Source: Isurus oxyrinchus
Lineage: Eukaryota
Assembly: GCA_026770705.1 (NCBI GenBank)
Contig: JANJGN010000049.1
Location: 1,302,001-1,366,000 of the forward strand
Length of the DNA stretch: 64,000 bases
Direction: 5' to 3'
Shown here: piece after piece, positions 26,300 through 40,399 of the stretch
Layout of the letters: each line of letters begins with the position of its first letter
How positions within the stretch are numbered: position 1 is the first letter of the stretch
Program-made: the position numbers and the translations under genes
The notes under the pieces: generated by a model
Database searches by the model: none
Told to the model about the DNA's origin: nothing
Seen by the model: only the letters and a program-made list of their open reading frames with translations

Positions 26300-27400
26300 G
26301 CACCATCTCTAAGTTCTTGTCATTCGCCCTGAAGAATGGTGTCCAGAATTGGACGCAATATGACAGCTAAGGCCTACGCAATTGTTTCTGAACATTTTTC
26401 ATAACTTCCTTGCTTCTGTTTTGTAATCCCTTATTAAATAAAATAAAAGATCCCATAAGCTATTCATGTCTTTCCAATTGCCCAGTCCTGTTAAAGGATC
26501 TGTGTCTGTACACCACCTCTGTCTTTTGAACTCCTTAAATTTATACTATTTAATTAATATTGCCTTTCTTCATTCGACCGACCAAAATGTGCCACTATAT
26601 ACGCTTAACTATATTAACTTTTACATGTCACATGTTTGCTCACCTGACAAGTCAAAATTCACATGAAGACTCTTACAATCCTCATGCTTTACCACATTTT
26701 TGAGTCAGTATGATTTGCTAACTTTCAAGTTATTCCCTGAATGCCTAAGTCCAGCCTATTTATAGGCATCAGAATAGCAGTGGACCTGATATAGACCACT
26801 ACAGATCAGCCGTTTATACTGCTCTCTAGTCTGAAAAAATTAACTGCTCACCAGTACCCTATTACCCAACTTTGGAAAGTTCTGTTTCCATGTTTCTTTA
26901 ACATCATAAGTTTTTATTTTGATAATGTTTCACTTGTAAACAACGTTTGCAAGTTCATGCAGACAACATGAACCAGATTGTCCTTATCAAAGCTTATTAC
27001 GCCTTCACCAAAAGCACAGCATTCGAGTCAGTTAGACAGAATTCCATTTATTTGCCCAGAATTCTTTTTCAAATATGAATTATTTTTGTCCCGGACAATT
27101 GCCTTTAAACATTTTCTACACCAACATTAGGATCCTTAGCCTGCAATTACTTTGTTCACCCCTCTCCCCTATATATAAACAGGGGTGTAACATTTGCAGT
27201 CCTGAAGCCATGCGGCACCATCCCCATAGACAAGGAGGATTGTCAGCTTCAGGTCAGAAACTCCACAGTGTCCTCCCCTACTTCTTAGGTAACTCAAGGT
27301 GCCACTGATTTAGGTTGGTGGCTTTCCAGGTTTGACTATGGACAATCTTGAAGTACCTTCGCTTTCTCTATTCTTATACAATGAAATGTAGCTTCCATCT
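26300..27400 (-). mobile_element. Highly decayed CR1 LINE RT fragment
   Basis: Remnant LRPILDTILQG-type segment near 26360-26325 and decayed RT motifs. Confidence 0.5.
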
Positions 27401-28409
27401 TTATGTCTGCATTGGCAACATTTGCTACTCAAATAAAGATGCAAAGTAGACATTTAGTGCTTGAGCTTTGTTTTCTGCCTCTACAAAAAGGTCTGAATCT
27501 TGACATAATGGGCCCAAACATCCTTTGATGCCCTGCTGCTGATAGAAGGGGTTTGCTTCATTGTTATGTCAGCAGCAAATCTATTTTAATGATATATTTT
27601 CACTGCTCTAAACTATCCGCAACTCCAATCCCCCCTTCCATCCTCACCAACTCCCTCTCACCCCCGCCACACTGCCCTGAAATTCATGTTTTCAGATTAC
27701 CCCTACATTCTTTTTGATTCAGCTTGGTTTTCTATTGTGATATGAAAAGAACATTGTCAAAAACTGCCTTTTTCTCATTTCATTTTAACCTCTATATATC
27801 TACTTATTTACGAAACTCTGCCTTTGAATTCCCTTGTTTTCCACCTCATAAAAATGTGCCTCCAATTTCCCAGAATCGTCTTCGCTTTGAAGTCCTCCAA
27901 TTCCACAATTACCCTTTTGCTGCCAGTTTTTGTTTTCACTCCAACGCACCAGGATCAAATCCCCACTGAACTCACTAATGTTTATCTTTGTTTTGCGCTT
28001 TATTGAGTTTGTCCCCTTTCCATAACCTCTCTAAACTTGACATTTTGGTCATTCTTTCACAAAGCTTTACCCACTGAAATATGCTCCAGTTGCCTCACTT
28101 CATTCCCAGACACAGATCCAGCACTGTTTTCATACTGAATGGGCGAGGGAACAAAGACACTGATTATGTGCAATGTGCCGCCAGGAAGTCTGGTGAAGGC
28201 AGATTCAATAGAAGTATTCAAGAGAATATTAGATGATTATTTGAATAGAAACAATGTGAAGGAGTACGGGGATGGCAGGGCAATGACACTAGGTCATAAT
28301 GCTCACTTGGCGAGCCAGCACGGAAACAGTGGGCCGAATGGCCTCCTTCTGCGCCTGTGAAGTCGTGCTTGCGTTCACTTCAAAATATTACCCCTTCTCT
28401 TAGCCGGTA

Positions 28410-28800
28410 GTATAGATCATATCCCAGTCTAAATTAGGATAATTGAAGGTTCCCATTATCAACACTCTGTACTTTTTTCTTCTTTTTTAAAGTAATAACA
28501 TACAGATATCCTCCTTTATCTAAGATACACATAAATGCTACGGATGCTGGAAATCTGAAACAAAAGCAGTAAATGCTGGAAAAACTCTGCAGGTCTAGCA
28601 AAATCTGTGGAGAGAGAGAAGGAGTTAACGTTTCGAGTCCGTATGGCTCTTCTTCAGTGCTGCTGAGTTTTTCCAGCATTTTCTGTTTTTGCTCTTGTAT
28701 CTCCTTGCAACAATTTGGCGGTCTGAAGTATACATCCTAGCATAGTAGCTCCTCTTTTGCTCCTTAACGTTAACCAAATGGAATCCATCTTTGAGCACGC
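28410..28800 (-). mobile_element. CR1 APE endonuclease fragment with a nested pLTR-only Penelope mini-element (about 28530-28695)
   Basis: DSIWLTLRSKRGA../YFRPPN../IMGTFNYPNLDW. The nested inverted repeats AAATGCTGGAAAAACTC..GAGTTTTTCCAGCATTT surround CTGAAGAAGAGCCATACGGACTCGAAACGTTAAC. Confidence 0.7.
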
Positions 28801-29909
28801 AATGATATCATCCCCCACCGTCCCCGCACCACCCCACCCCCACAACCCGCCGCCACCTCTCCCCGCCCCCCAGCGCTTTAACATTTTATTTGACCAACAT
28901 TGCTTCTTTATTCCATTCCCCATCATTGCTGATACATAATGGAAATGACTATTAAGTTTTTAATCCAAGCCGGTATTGAATCAGTTCCCTGTTCCTTCCA
29001 CCATAGCAGAACCCAACATGGCGATTTTGTCTGCAGTCAAACTCCATTCATCACTACGTGCACTTGCACACGTGCTCTGCCAAACATTTCAAAATATCTT
29101 GGAATTTGCCTCCAGTCTGTTTCCTCCTGTTTCTCAACTATTCTTAACTCTGCTGCTATTTGCCTCTCCTGGTGTTATGTGCACCATGTTTTTCCTCTCA
29201 TCCTGTAGCTCACTTATTATTTGAAAAGAAATAATACCTCAACTCAAAGGCACTAGTCCCTTTCTTGAATCAATTCACCGACCGGCACTTATAACAATAA
29301 TTACGCTGGAATCTGTTTGTGTTCATGGCGAGCAGCTGCGATTTTCCTAAAATAGATAAATATGAGGCAACACAAATAAGCAGATGGCAGAAAACTCGCA
29401 GCATAACAAGCCGGATATTTATGTAAATTAGCACAGAAATAGGGCCACAACAGAGAGCTTAGAGACACAAGAGTAACCAGAAATTCCCCACCAACCAAAA
29501 CAGATTCATAATGATCAATGAATGCAAATATTACAAAAGAGGAACACAGATTGCTTCAGTATTTGTTGATTCAATGTTTTTCTTTCCCATTAGTAAAAAT
29601 GAAAAAAAATGCAGGATTCTACACGGTGATAAGAGCAAAGATTCTTCTGCCAAGCACGCAGTTCGACAAAACAAAAAAACTTTTTTCTACAAAAACATAC
29701 CATTTCCAACATTTCTACTTAAACTGTAAGCATATTTCTGTGAATGGCCTATTTTTAATTTTACAAGAGGTAGCAAAAACTCTATTTACACATTGATTTA
29801 CTGTTTGTAGCATATAAATGATTTTTTTAAACCCTGTGTTCTCCAGATTTAAAATATTTCTGGTGCTACCAATTAATTATCTGTTTTTCGTTCCCTCTTC
29901 TATTCAACC

Positions 29910-30850
29910 ATCTTCTGTTGGTACATCAATGACCTTCCTTTCATCCTCAGGTCAGAAGTGGAGATGTTCGCTGATTGCACAATGTTCAGCACCATTCGCT
30001 ACTCCTCAGGTACTGAAGCAGTCCATGACCAAATGCAGCAAGACCTGGACAATATCCAGACTTGGGCTGACATTTGGCAATTAACATCCCCACCACACAA
30101 GTGAGAGGTAATAACCATCTCCAACAACTGAGTATCTAACCGTTGCCCTTTGACGTTCAATGCATTGCCATCGTTGAAATCCCCAAGGTCAAATACCTTG
30201 GGGTTACCTTTAACAAGAAACTGAATTGGGCGAGCCATACACAATGTGTGACTACAAGAGCAAGTCAGAGGGTATGAATCCTGTGGCGAGTAACTCACCT
30301 TCTGACTCCCCAAAGCCTGTTCACCACCTACAAGGTACAGGTTAGGAGTGTCCCCACTTGCTGGATGAGTGCAGCTCCAACAATACTCACGAGGCTTGAC
30401 ACCATCTAGGCCAAAAATGCCTCTTGATTTTAATTACATCCGCAAACATTTACTCTCTCCACCACCAACGCAATGTGGCAGCAGTGTGTACCAGCTACAA
30501 GATGCTCTGCAGGAATTCACCAAGGCTCCTGAGACAGAACCTTCCAAACCCACGACCGCTACCATCTATAAAACAAGGACAGCGGACACATTGGGACACT
30601 AGCAACTGGGAGTTGCCCTTCAAGCAACTCATCATCCTGACTTGGAAGTATATTGCTGCTCCTTCGTGTGGCTGGGTCAAAATCCTGGAATTCCCTCCCT
30701 CACAGTCCTCTGGGTGTACCTACACCCCATGAACTGCAACAATTCATGAAGGCAGCTCACCAGCACATTAGCAAGGGCAATCAGCAATAGGCAATAAATT
30801 CTGGCCTAACCAGAGAGGCCCATACCTCATGAATGAATAACAAAAAGCCT
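29910..30850 (+). mobile_element. Non-LTR retrotransposon 3' fragment (CR1/Zenon-like)
   Basis: INDLPFILRSEVEMFAD; same family and tail as the 21.9-kb and 23.4-kb copies. Confidence 0.8.
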
Positions 30851-33059
30851 TCCTTTTCCTGCCTTTCCCTCTTCAATTCAAGACGGTTATTCCGACTTCC
30901 CTTCCCCTCTCTGCCAGTCTTCAATTCAGCAATTCAATTCCCTCTCCCTTTCATTCCATGATCCATTTATGAATATAAGTCACTTTTCTCTCTTTCCCAC
31001 TTCAATTGAACAAATTACCTTTTTTTTCTATTTCTAACCGTTTTACTTTTCTATTCCATTGATGAGAGTTAGATCTCTTTGTCATATCTCAGTCAGAACT
31101 TCCTTCCACAATCAGTTAACATGTTTGACCACACATCAACAGACTCGCACTCTTAGGCTCTCTGTCGACCCACCAATCGGTCTAGCTGAAACCATTCAGC
31201 ATGGCCTCCTATCAATGATTACCCTTTTCACCCATCACAATGCCCCTGCAGGATTCTTTAAGCAGTTGCTCACCCTTTCTCTTATTGAAGTACCTCCTTT
31301 CCCGCATCTATTGCTATCCCTGGCCTTTGGATAACACTTCTGTCGAAATTAGTTTGAGAACAATTTAATCTGCCTCTTCCACTGAGATTTCAGCCCTTTG
31401 TTGCCGTTGAGAATTCTGATAGATTGTTCTCCCTAAAAGTTAACTAATTGGCCAGCACCAAAGTTGACCGTTTGTGGCAGGGACTTATTCTGATCTGATT
31501 TGTTCTGTTTATTACGTAAAACATTTTTATTTTCAGCTTACACTTGCAGTAACATGGTGAAGTTTCATGTACATCAGGCCTTTATACATATTGCCTTCTA
31601 CATGCACTATTCAACTATGGACTGAAGAATATGGGGTATGTCACCCATTTGTGTACAGATTGTGGATCTACTTAATCGTGCTGCAAATGAATGCACACAG
31701 CACCTGATGATGCACAATCTGGACCGTCAGAACTCCCGCACATAACATGGCGAAGGTGAAAAATGCAGGTTGTAAGGAGACGTCGAAAATGGAAAAGCAA
31801 TCATTTCATCCTCAGAACTATTCACTGGCCACAGTTGCAAAATGCCAATGCAGTGGCTGAAACGGATAGGTTTATGACAAAATATTTCAATCCAGTCATT
31901 TCCTCGGGTTAGCCCATCAGCTGAGGCAGGCCCGGTCTAACATTATAAAGACTGGTTCAGAATGCTGGCTCAGATGTGGCGGCAATACAGAACAGCACTT
32001 GATCCTATCAGCCTTTCCACTAAAGGCTGTTCCACTTGTTAGAACACATATTCGATGATGCAATGGGCGTAGATTGTGCTCATGTGGAAGTTTCCATTTT
32101 CTCGTTGAAAACGAAACAACGGGGTTTATGGAATCTGGAGCCGGAAGACAAATAGCTGAGGACCACGGCAGGCCTGGTGCCAATTCAGATGGTCGTGTGT
32201 TGGCAATGATGGGACACTTGTATAGATGGCGATGAGGAGCCTGCTTATTGACTATCTGTCAAATGAGCATAATTTACATTATATAATATGGGAAATGGGG
32301 CTGAAACATATGATAGCAGATAATTCCACTTGAAGAGATTGCGCCAGCGTGTTCTAGTGAAATAGCGACCCCATGTGGCTATGAGTGATATAACTCGAAC
32401 GTTGCACGAACATAACTGTATTGTTCTGGAATTTATTTTCCTTAGCAACACAACACTGTGAGACTAAATTGTAATGAAGCAACTTCCCAATGCATTCACT
32501 TCCAAGACTTTCCCCGTTTCTGTTCTGAGTCAGATGGAATTCAAACTGAGGACCCTAGGGAAGCTCATGCTTTGCTGTTGTGGAAAATTAATCGATAATT
32601 GTAAAATTCTTTACTTAGATAATCAATAATCCTAACTGCTAAAAATCAAATACCAAATCTTTAAGTGTAAATTTGCCTGGTATAAGTCCCAGAAAGTATT
32701 TGAGTGTAAGTTACGGGGTTTAACTGCAATTCATCAACTAATTCATTCCATTAATGGAATTACCATTATTTCCATTAATGCCATAATCTCCCACTTCAGA
32801 TTCCTGGGGCATTGGGATGATTTTGGAGAAAGAAAGACCTTCAAATGCCGATGGGCTGCAACTCAAAGGCTCCAAAATAAATATCCTGGCATGATTGTTT
32901 GCTGGTGTTTTTGGAAATGGTTTTAATTATCTTGGCCGGACGATGAGAATCTGAACGTCCACTTGGATTGGATAGAAGCACAGCTTGAAATGTTAGGCAG
33001 ATAATTAAAAGGCCCTAACGATAGACAGGGGAAGCAAAGATTTGAATTTAGGCAACACG

Positions 33060-33720
33060 ATCGAAAGAAATGGGAGCAGGAGTGGGCCATTTGCTCTCGA
33101 GCCTACTCGGCCATTTAACAAGATCATGGCTGACCTGATTGTGACATTAACTCTACTTTCCCGCCTGCCGTCATAACCTGTGGCTCCCTTGTAGATCAAA
33201 ATTCTGTCTCATTCAGCCTTGAACATATTCAATTACCCAACCCCCACCTCTCCCTGGGGAAAATAATTCCAAAGACTGACGACCATCTGAGAGAAGAATT
33301 TCTTTTCCACCCGTCCTAAAAGGGTGAGCCCTTATTATTGTACAATGACAATACTAAAATACTAAAAGGGAAAGGCAGGGTAGATGCAGGTCAGATGTTG
33401 GTCCACGCTGGGGAGTCTAGAACCAGGAACACAAGTTCAAAATAAGGTAGAATCCACTTAGGACAGATGAGGGTTGCTTTTTTTTTCCCAGAGGTTTGTG
33501 AATCTTTGGGATTCTCTAACCCAGAGGGCTGTAGAAGCTTAGCCATTGAGTATGTTTAAAGTAGAGGTCGACATATCTCTAAATACCAATGACATAAAAG
33601 GGATTTGGGAATAATGTGGGGAAAGGCATTGAAGTAGATGACCAGACACGATAGTATTGCATGGTGGGGCAGGCTGGACATGAGCAATGGTTCACTCCCC
33701 CTCTTATGTTCCTGTGGATC
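33060..33720. mobile_element. Two oppositely oriented CR1 3' fragments (about 33060-33340 minus, 33370-33720 plus)
   Basis: CR1 3' UTR motifs (GGCCATT..CTCGAGCCT; CCCAGAGG..GTGAATCTTTGG). Confidence 0.65.
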
Positions 33721-34789
33721 CTCTCTCTCTCTCTGCTTCATGCCCTCTGACAATCTCTTCCTCAACTGACTGATTATCAGCCCAGGGATTTCTCTCCATC
33801 CCCTTCATCTTCACGTCAGAGATCCCTTCAGAGTCTCCAGGTTATGGGAATAGCAACATATTTCTGTTCACATTCCAGGATCTTCCAAAATTATATCTCT
33901 GGTGCGCAGTCACTTTCCTACGAAGCAAACTAGAGTAAAGGCTCAAGGTCATTTATTATTGAATATCATAACATAAAGGGAGGGAATAATTAACAACCCT
34001 TCTGAAATCCTCAGACTTATATGCAGCAATTCGTGTTGGTGTCTTAACTCTTTCTCTGTCCCAATCTCCCCACCACCACCGCTCCCTATCACGTTACTGT
34101 TGAGGACGAGCTTCCTCCCTAATCAGCTTTCGTGCTTAACCACTGCCTCAGTTCTTTCCAGTTTCCCTGCCCTTTATAGCGTTGGACAGACTCACTACCA
34201 TTGAGATGCCAAGGGCTCTCTCCCTCGGGGTCATAACCCTGAGTCAGGAGTCACAGGCGGAACAAACTTCACCACTGTACAGAGGTTGGAACCGGCCATG
34301 ATCCCTGCTCCTGAATCAATGCAGGTAACAACCAAGCACAGTGATGTGACGTCATCAATGCAGGGTCAATCAGCGACAGGCACGTCTCTGTGACGTCAAA
34401 GTCCTGCCCATACCTGCCGTTTATTGTAAAGAGCAGCTCGATTGAAACTGACTTCAATTCTCATCAAAATCCTCATTCCTCAATCCTCATTTAATGTTAA
34501 CACTCATTGGACCATGAAATGCAATGACTCTGCCAGTTTACTTTGTTTGTTTCCTGTGTCTTAGCACCTCAATTTGTATATAGTCCTTGTTCTTCATACA
34601 CCATTGTATGCGGCGTAGCTTCATGACAGAAAGATATTTCCTGAAAGCTGCAGCTCTCATCAGTGGCACCGATGAATTGGCAGCTCTGTAAGTTTAAGCA
34701 AAGATGGGGGACCTCAAATGGAATTATTTCTTGGGAGATATCAAATGGAAACTGCGACTGTAAATTAAAATATTGACAAATATGCCTGG

Positions 34790-36100
34790 GTTATCATCAG
34801 TAAAGTGTTGGAAGGGGTCATCAACAGTGCAAACAAAAGGCACTTATTTATCAATAACCCGCTCCCTGAGGCTCAGTTTCGGTTCCGCCAGTGTCGCTCA
34901 GCTCATGATCTCATTACAGCCTTAGTTCAAATATGGTCAATACAGCTGAACTCCCGAGTTGATGTGAGATTGACTGCCCATGAGGTTAAGGACGCATTTG
35001 ACCGAGTGTTGCATCAAGCAGCCCAAGCAAAGCTTGAATCAATGGGATCGGGGGAAAAACACTTCACTGGTTGCAGTCATAACGAGCACAAAGGAAGAAG
35101 ATTGTGGTTGTTTGACATCAATCATCTCAGTTCCAGGATATCACTGCAGGAGCTCGTCAGGATCCTGCCTTAGTCCCAACCATCTTCAGCTGCTCCATCA
35201 ATGACCTTCCTTCCATCATAAGATCAGAAGTGGAGATGTTTCCTGATCATTGCACAATGCCCAGCATCATTCATGACTCCTCAGATACTAAAGCAGTCCA
35301 TATCCAAATGCAGCAGGGCCTGGACAATATCCTGGCTTGGGCTGACAAGTGGTAAGGAACACTCACACCACGGAATTACCATCTCCAACAAGAAAAAATC
35401 TAAATATCGCTCCTTGACAATCCACCCACCCCACCCCACCTCCCACCGTCAATATCCTGGGGGTTACCGTTGGCCAGAAACTGAACCAGAGTAGACATAT
35501 AAATGCTGTGGCTACAAGGGCACGTCAGGCGCTAGGAATCCTACGGCAAGTAACTCACTTCCTGACTCCCTAAAGCCTGCCTACCATCTACAAAGCCCAA
35601 GTCAGGAATGTGACGGTGTACTCTCCCCTTGCCTGGATGAGTGTGTAGCTCCAACAAGGCCCAGGAAGATAAACAATATGCAGGAAAAAGCAGCTAGTAT
35701 GATTGGCAACTCACCCACAAACATTCATTCCCTCCACTACCAACGCACAGCAGTAGTGTGTATCATCTTCAAAATGCATTTCAGAAACTCACCAATGTTC
35801 CTTAGACAACACGCTCCAAATCCACAACCTCTAGCAAGGGCATCAGATAGATGGGGGTGCCATGGCCGGAGAGATCCCCTCCAATCTACTTACCATCCTA
35901 ACTTGGAAATATATCGCTGTTCCTTCACTGTCGTTGGGTCAAATTCCTGGAACTCCCTCCCTAGCCACACTGTTGCCACATCACAGGAAGTGCAGCAGTT
36001 CAAGAAGGCTACTCACCACCACCCTCTCAAGGCCAATTAGGGATGGGCAATAAATGCTGGCCCAGCCAGCGAAGCCCACATCCCATAAATCAACAATAAA
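34790..36100 (+). mobile_element. Non-LTR retrotransposon RT fragment (CR1/Zenon-like)
   Basis: LEGVINS..AQFRFRQCRSAHDLITALVQ..KDAFDRVLH; YKAQVRNV; tail GGCCAATTAGGGATGGGCAATAAATGCTGGCC. Confidence 0.85.
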
Positions 36101-36419
36101 ACTGATTATGGTGTTATTGTTTTGATTTTATTATTGCTGCAACTGATGCCCTTTGGCTGCGGTGTCTATGTAATATTGTTTTTGAGATTATTTGGCTCTG
36201 TTTTTTTTTCGAATGCCCAAGTCACAACCTTTTCGGTGAAACAGATGGACTTCACTTAAATAATTTCACAATGATGAGGCTCGGCTGTTGGTTTCATCAG
36301 AATAAAGTGTTGCGATATTACTAATTATCAAATAATGGAACCAAAAATGATTAAGTCTGTAAATTAAGGGTGATTAATATTTTGTTATTGAAGGTTAGTC
36401 AGCATTTTGGGTCAAACGT

Positions 36420-36805
36420 GGTTATGTGTGTTTTTTGTGTGTGTTTCTGTGTGTGTGTGTGTGCATGTGTGTTTGTGTTTACTTGTACATATCTGTGCAT
36501 ATGTGTGTGTCTGTATACATCTTTGTTTCTGTGCGTGCGTGTCTATGCGTATGTGTCTGTTTGTGTACGCAAGCATAGGCTTCCGTGTGTGTGCATGTGT
36601 GTTTGTGTTTGTGTGTGTTTATCCATGTATGTGCTTCCGTGTTTGTGTGTGCGCACGCGGGCGCACGTGTGCTAGTGTGTACCTGCATATTTGTGAGCAT
36701 ACGTGCATGTCTGTGTTTGTGTGTATAAGTGCATCTGTGTTTGTGTGACTGTGTCTGTGCTTTCGTGTGTGCCTTTGTGTCTTTGTGTACATCTGTGTTT
36801 GTGTG
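36420..36805. repeat. Degenerate (TG)n low-complexity tract
   Basis: Interrupted GT dinucleotide repeats; these explain the Cys/Val-rich ORFs. Confidence 0.9.
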
Positions 36806-39109
36806 GTCCTCAGTTTGATTTCCAACAGATCGCCGTATCAATCAAGCCTATCAATCTGGAACAACGTGAGATACATACCGTGGAAAATCACCCTTAACAG
36901 TGTCCCGCAAACCCCTCCAGTTCAGATACGTAACTGAAGAGAGACAGAGTAAAGCTACCTTCACACTTTACATTGAAAGATTCCAAGTTCAGGCAGGTCA
37001 CCGACAAAATGCACCGTTCTGGATCGATCAGGAGTCATTTCGCCTGAAAATGGGTAATAGATCAGCATTCACTTCGGAATAATGAGATATTATTTCATTT
37101 CATTAAATTACTCTGGCCAGTTATTTCACGTTATCTTTATATTTCCTTGGTGTCACACTCATTTCTCAAATCGATGTGTTATTTGTCTCTTTTGTCCGAT
37201 GAAAAGTGAATTCTTGTGCATTCTCCTCACGTCTTCCTTCTACCACTTGTCTCTAGACTGTAGCACAGCACAACATCGGACAGCCAATTCTTGTTAATAG
37301 GGGATTTTTGACACGGCCTACAGGTACTTCGACACTTCCTTTCAACTCATCCCTGAATGTGGAAAAGCGATTCTTAGGTGTGGCTGTTTTGAGGCTTGAC
37401 TGGAGAGTTACCTGCACTGGAACAGAAGGTAATTTAAAAGAAATGCGAAATAGCGTTGTCATTCCTCTTCATGATGCATTAGTATCTAAAATTAAGCCAC
37501 ATCACAGGGGCAGTTGGCAGAGTAAGAAGATAATTAACATAATGATATGTACGAGGGGAATTACATGTATTATTTGTAGATATAGATGGCATCAATAAAT
37601 TTATCAGTCTATCTGTCTATCCATTGATCGATCTATCGGACTTCTGTCTGTCCATCCATCCATCAACTCTCGCTGCACTCTGATTCTGAAAGTTCCTCGA
37701 CCTAAAATATTAACACTGTTCGTATCCCCACAAACGCTGCCTGGACTATTGTTTCAAGATAATTGCGAATGTCTGTCCTGTTGAGCATTTCCGCATTTTA
37801 TGTTTTTGATTCATTTACCTGCTGTGGCCACAGGATGGCGCACCAGCATCCCAGTCTTGTTAAAACCCGCGGACCTGCCGGTTCAATGGCTTCACAGGTG
37901 ACAGGTGGGATTTCAGGAAACACAACGGTGTCCTAAAATCTTGCACGGTGGCTTGTTTAGGGCAGGAAACTATTAATAAGTTTAAGTGTCACGTTATGGA
38001 AAAATGTGACATTAAAATCTCGGGTAGATTGCATTGCATGGTCCAATCTGTTGTCCGTAAAAAGAATAAAACATCCTCAATCCAAAATGATTTTTTAACG
38101 TCTCATTAATAGACAGACAGAAAATTGCTTCTAGCTTTCATGAGTGGATGTTATTATAAGCATTGACCACACAATGAAATTTTCTATAAACAGCTTGGAC
38201 GTCCAAATTCCTTCACCATTACACAAGACTCAGTGTGATAACATTTCCGGCCAGGAAAGAAGCATTCTTGTCTCCTCTGTGTGAAGGCAATAAAAAGGAA
38301 GATAATATTTCTGTTCGATTTCAAATAGGTAGCCTTACACGTGTGAAAAATACGCGATAAGCAATCCAATACAGAAACACACCACAGAAAACAACATGGA
38401 GAAACTGCCAAAATTTTAAATAGTGCAGGCTTGACGCACACCGGAACCTTTTTTATTTTCCCTTTAGGAATCATGTTCAAGAACGAGGTATTAGGAAGGT
38501 TGCAGAATTTGGTCAAGAAATTGTATTATAACATTACAACGTGCTAGGCCATTCGGCAATTGTACCGAGTCCGGATCTTTGAAACAGCTGTCAAATTAGT
38601 CCCGATTCTTGCCTTTTCTCCCATTACCCTGCAATTCTCTCGTTCAAGCAATTATACAATTCTCCATTGAAACTCGTGAGTTAAGAAAAAAACGTTATGG
38701 ACAGGTGTGCAGGAGCCTTTGCAGTTTCGATGTGCTTGATATTTGATGGAGTTCCCCTACCCAAAAACACTGGAAGTTCAATTCGGGATTCTGAATCCGT
38801 CTTGAAAATTTATTATTGTAGAACTGATTCCCAATCGAATTTGATCAATATTTATTCCGATCAAACAAGGCCTTGCTTTACTGAGTCGTTTCACATTAAC
38901 TATGAAATCGGACACTATCGGGCTGTATGAGTTGCGGAACGTTTTGCTACAGCTATAGAAAACTGGGTTAGATTACATCGGTTCGATACACACAGTAGAA
39001 AAACTGAAAATCTTTATTATAAGCATAAACAGAGAAAGCTCGAAATTGTAGCAATCAACAAAATTCTATGGATTTTGGAATGGCCCCAGCGTGTAGGAAA
39101 ACCAGAAAA

Positions 39110-40295
39110 GTAGAAAGCAGGACGATAGCTCTGTTCGACTAACATCTGTCACAGGGAAAATGCTTGAGACATTATTCAGCAGACAACATCAGGGCATACA
39201 GAAACTCATAATACAACCAGCCAAAGTCAAAAATGTTTTGTGAAAGGGTCATAAAGGTGCTTGACCAAAGTATTCAAGGTCCTTGAGGAGGTAAAAAGCA
39301 GGATGTATAATGGAGAATGAATAGATACTGTGTATTTAGGTTTCCAAAAAGGCAGTCGAAAAGGTGCCACCGAAAGTCTTGCTAAGCAAGGTAGGAGATA
39401 CTGAGGGTAACATATTAAACTGGATACAGGACTGCTTACCTAACAGTAAGCAGCGAGCCGGCAAAAAGGGTCACTTTCAGGATGACAAACTAACTAAAGG
39501 AGTGCAACGGGTCTCAGTGCTGGGGTATGAACTCTTTATATGTATCAATGACCTGGAGGGAGGGACTGAGAATATGGTGACTAAATTTGCTGACGACACA
39601 AAAATATCCGGGATAGCAAGTTGTGAGCAGCACAGCAAAAGCCTGTAAAAAGATATGCATAGTTAGTGGGCAGAAAAGTGACAGGCGGAGAATAATGTAG
39701 GAAATAGTGATATTGACCACTTTGGCAGGAACAAAGGAAAAGCAGATTAGGATATAAATGGAGAGTCTGCAGCAATCTGTGTTAGAGAACAATATGGGTT
39801 TATTGTTACATGAATCACTAAAAGCTGGTTTGCAGATGCAGTAAGTATTTGGGCAGTTAAATGGAAAGTTGACATTTATTGGATAGGGAGTGAGCCGTAT
39901 AATGAAGGCAATGTTTCAACAAATATACAGGCCCTTAGTGAGACCGCATTTTGAGCATTGTGTGCAGTTTTGACCTCCTGACTTAAGGAGTGATATAATC
40001 ACTTTGGAAGGAGTTGAGAGAAGGTTCACGAGGCTGATTCCTGAGGTCAAGTGTTTGCCAGATCAGAAAAGCTTGAGAAGGTTTGGCCTTTAAGCGTTAG
40101 AGTTTAGCAGAATGAAAGGTGACCTTATTGAAACATAAAAGATTCTTTGAGGCTTTGGCCCGGTGCATCCAGGGAGTACGTTTCCCTTTATAATGGAGTC
40201 AAGGACTAGGGGGTGCATAGTTAAAATTGGGGTTTCCAATTTGAGATGAATATGAGGAGGTTCAGTAGACTTTGGAATTCTCTTCTCCGGGAAAA
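39110..40295 (+). mobile_element. CR1 LINE RT fragment
   Basis: ILNWIQDCL..KQR..KGVQRVSVLG..FICINDLEGG..VTKFADDTKISG; YRPLVRPHFEHCVQF. Confidence 0.88.
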
Positions 40296-40399
40296 GAGAG
40301 GCAGCTGGGGCATTGATTTGGAAATGGAACTGGTAAAACAGCTATTTCCTGTAATTTATGCAAACAGGAAATGCACAATATCTGTCAACTCCTGCAGGG

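Noticed and set aside
20752-26312. Many ORFs with VIVRILDVGNVGL or DSEDSGCWECGVS periodicity; array superficially CRISPR-like
   Set aside because: These are translations of a 39-bp (13-codon) tandem repeat. There are no unique spacers, no cas genes, and frames break at the 37-bp units.
36370-36897. Cys/Val- and His/Thr-rich ORFs
   Set aside because: Artefacts of the (TG)n tract.
36830-37065. Acceptor followed by RKPLQF..SKATFTLYIERFQ, V-like on the plus strand
   Set aside because: Neither Cys, the Trp nor an RSS is present; too weak to call.
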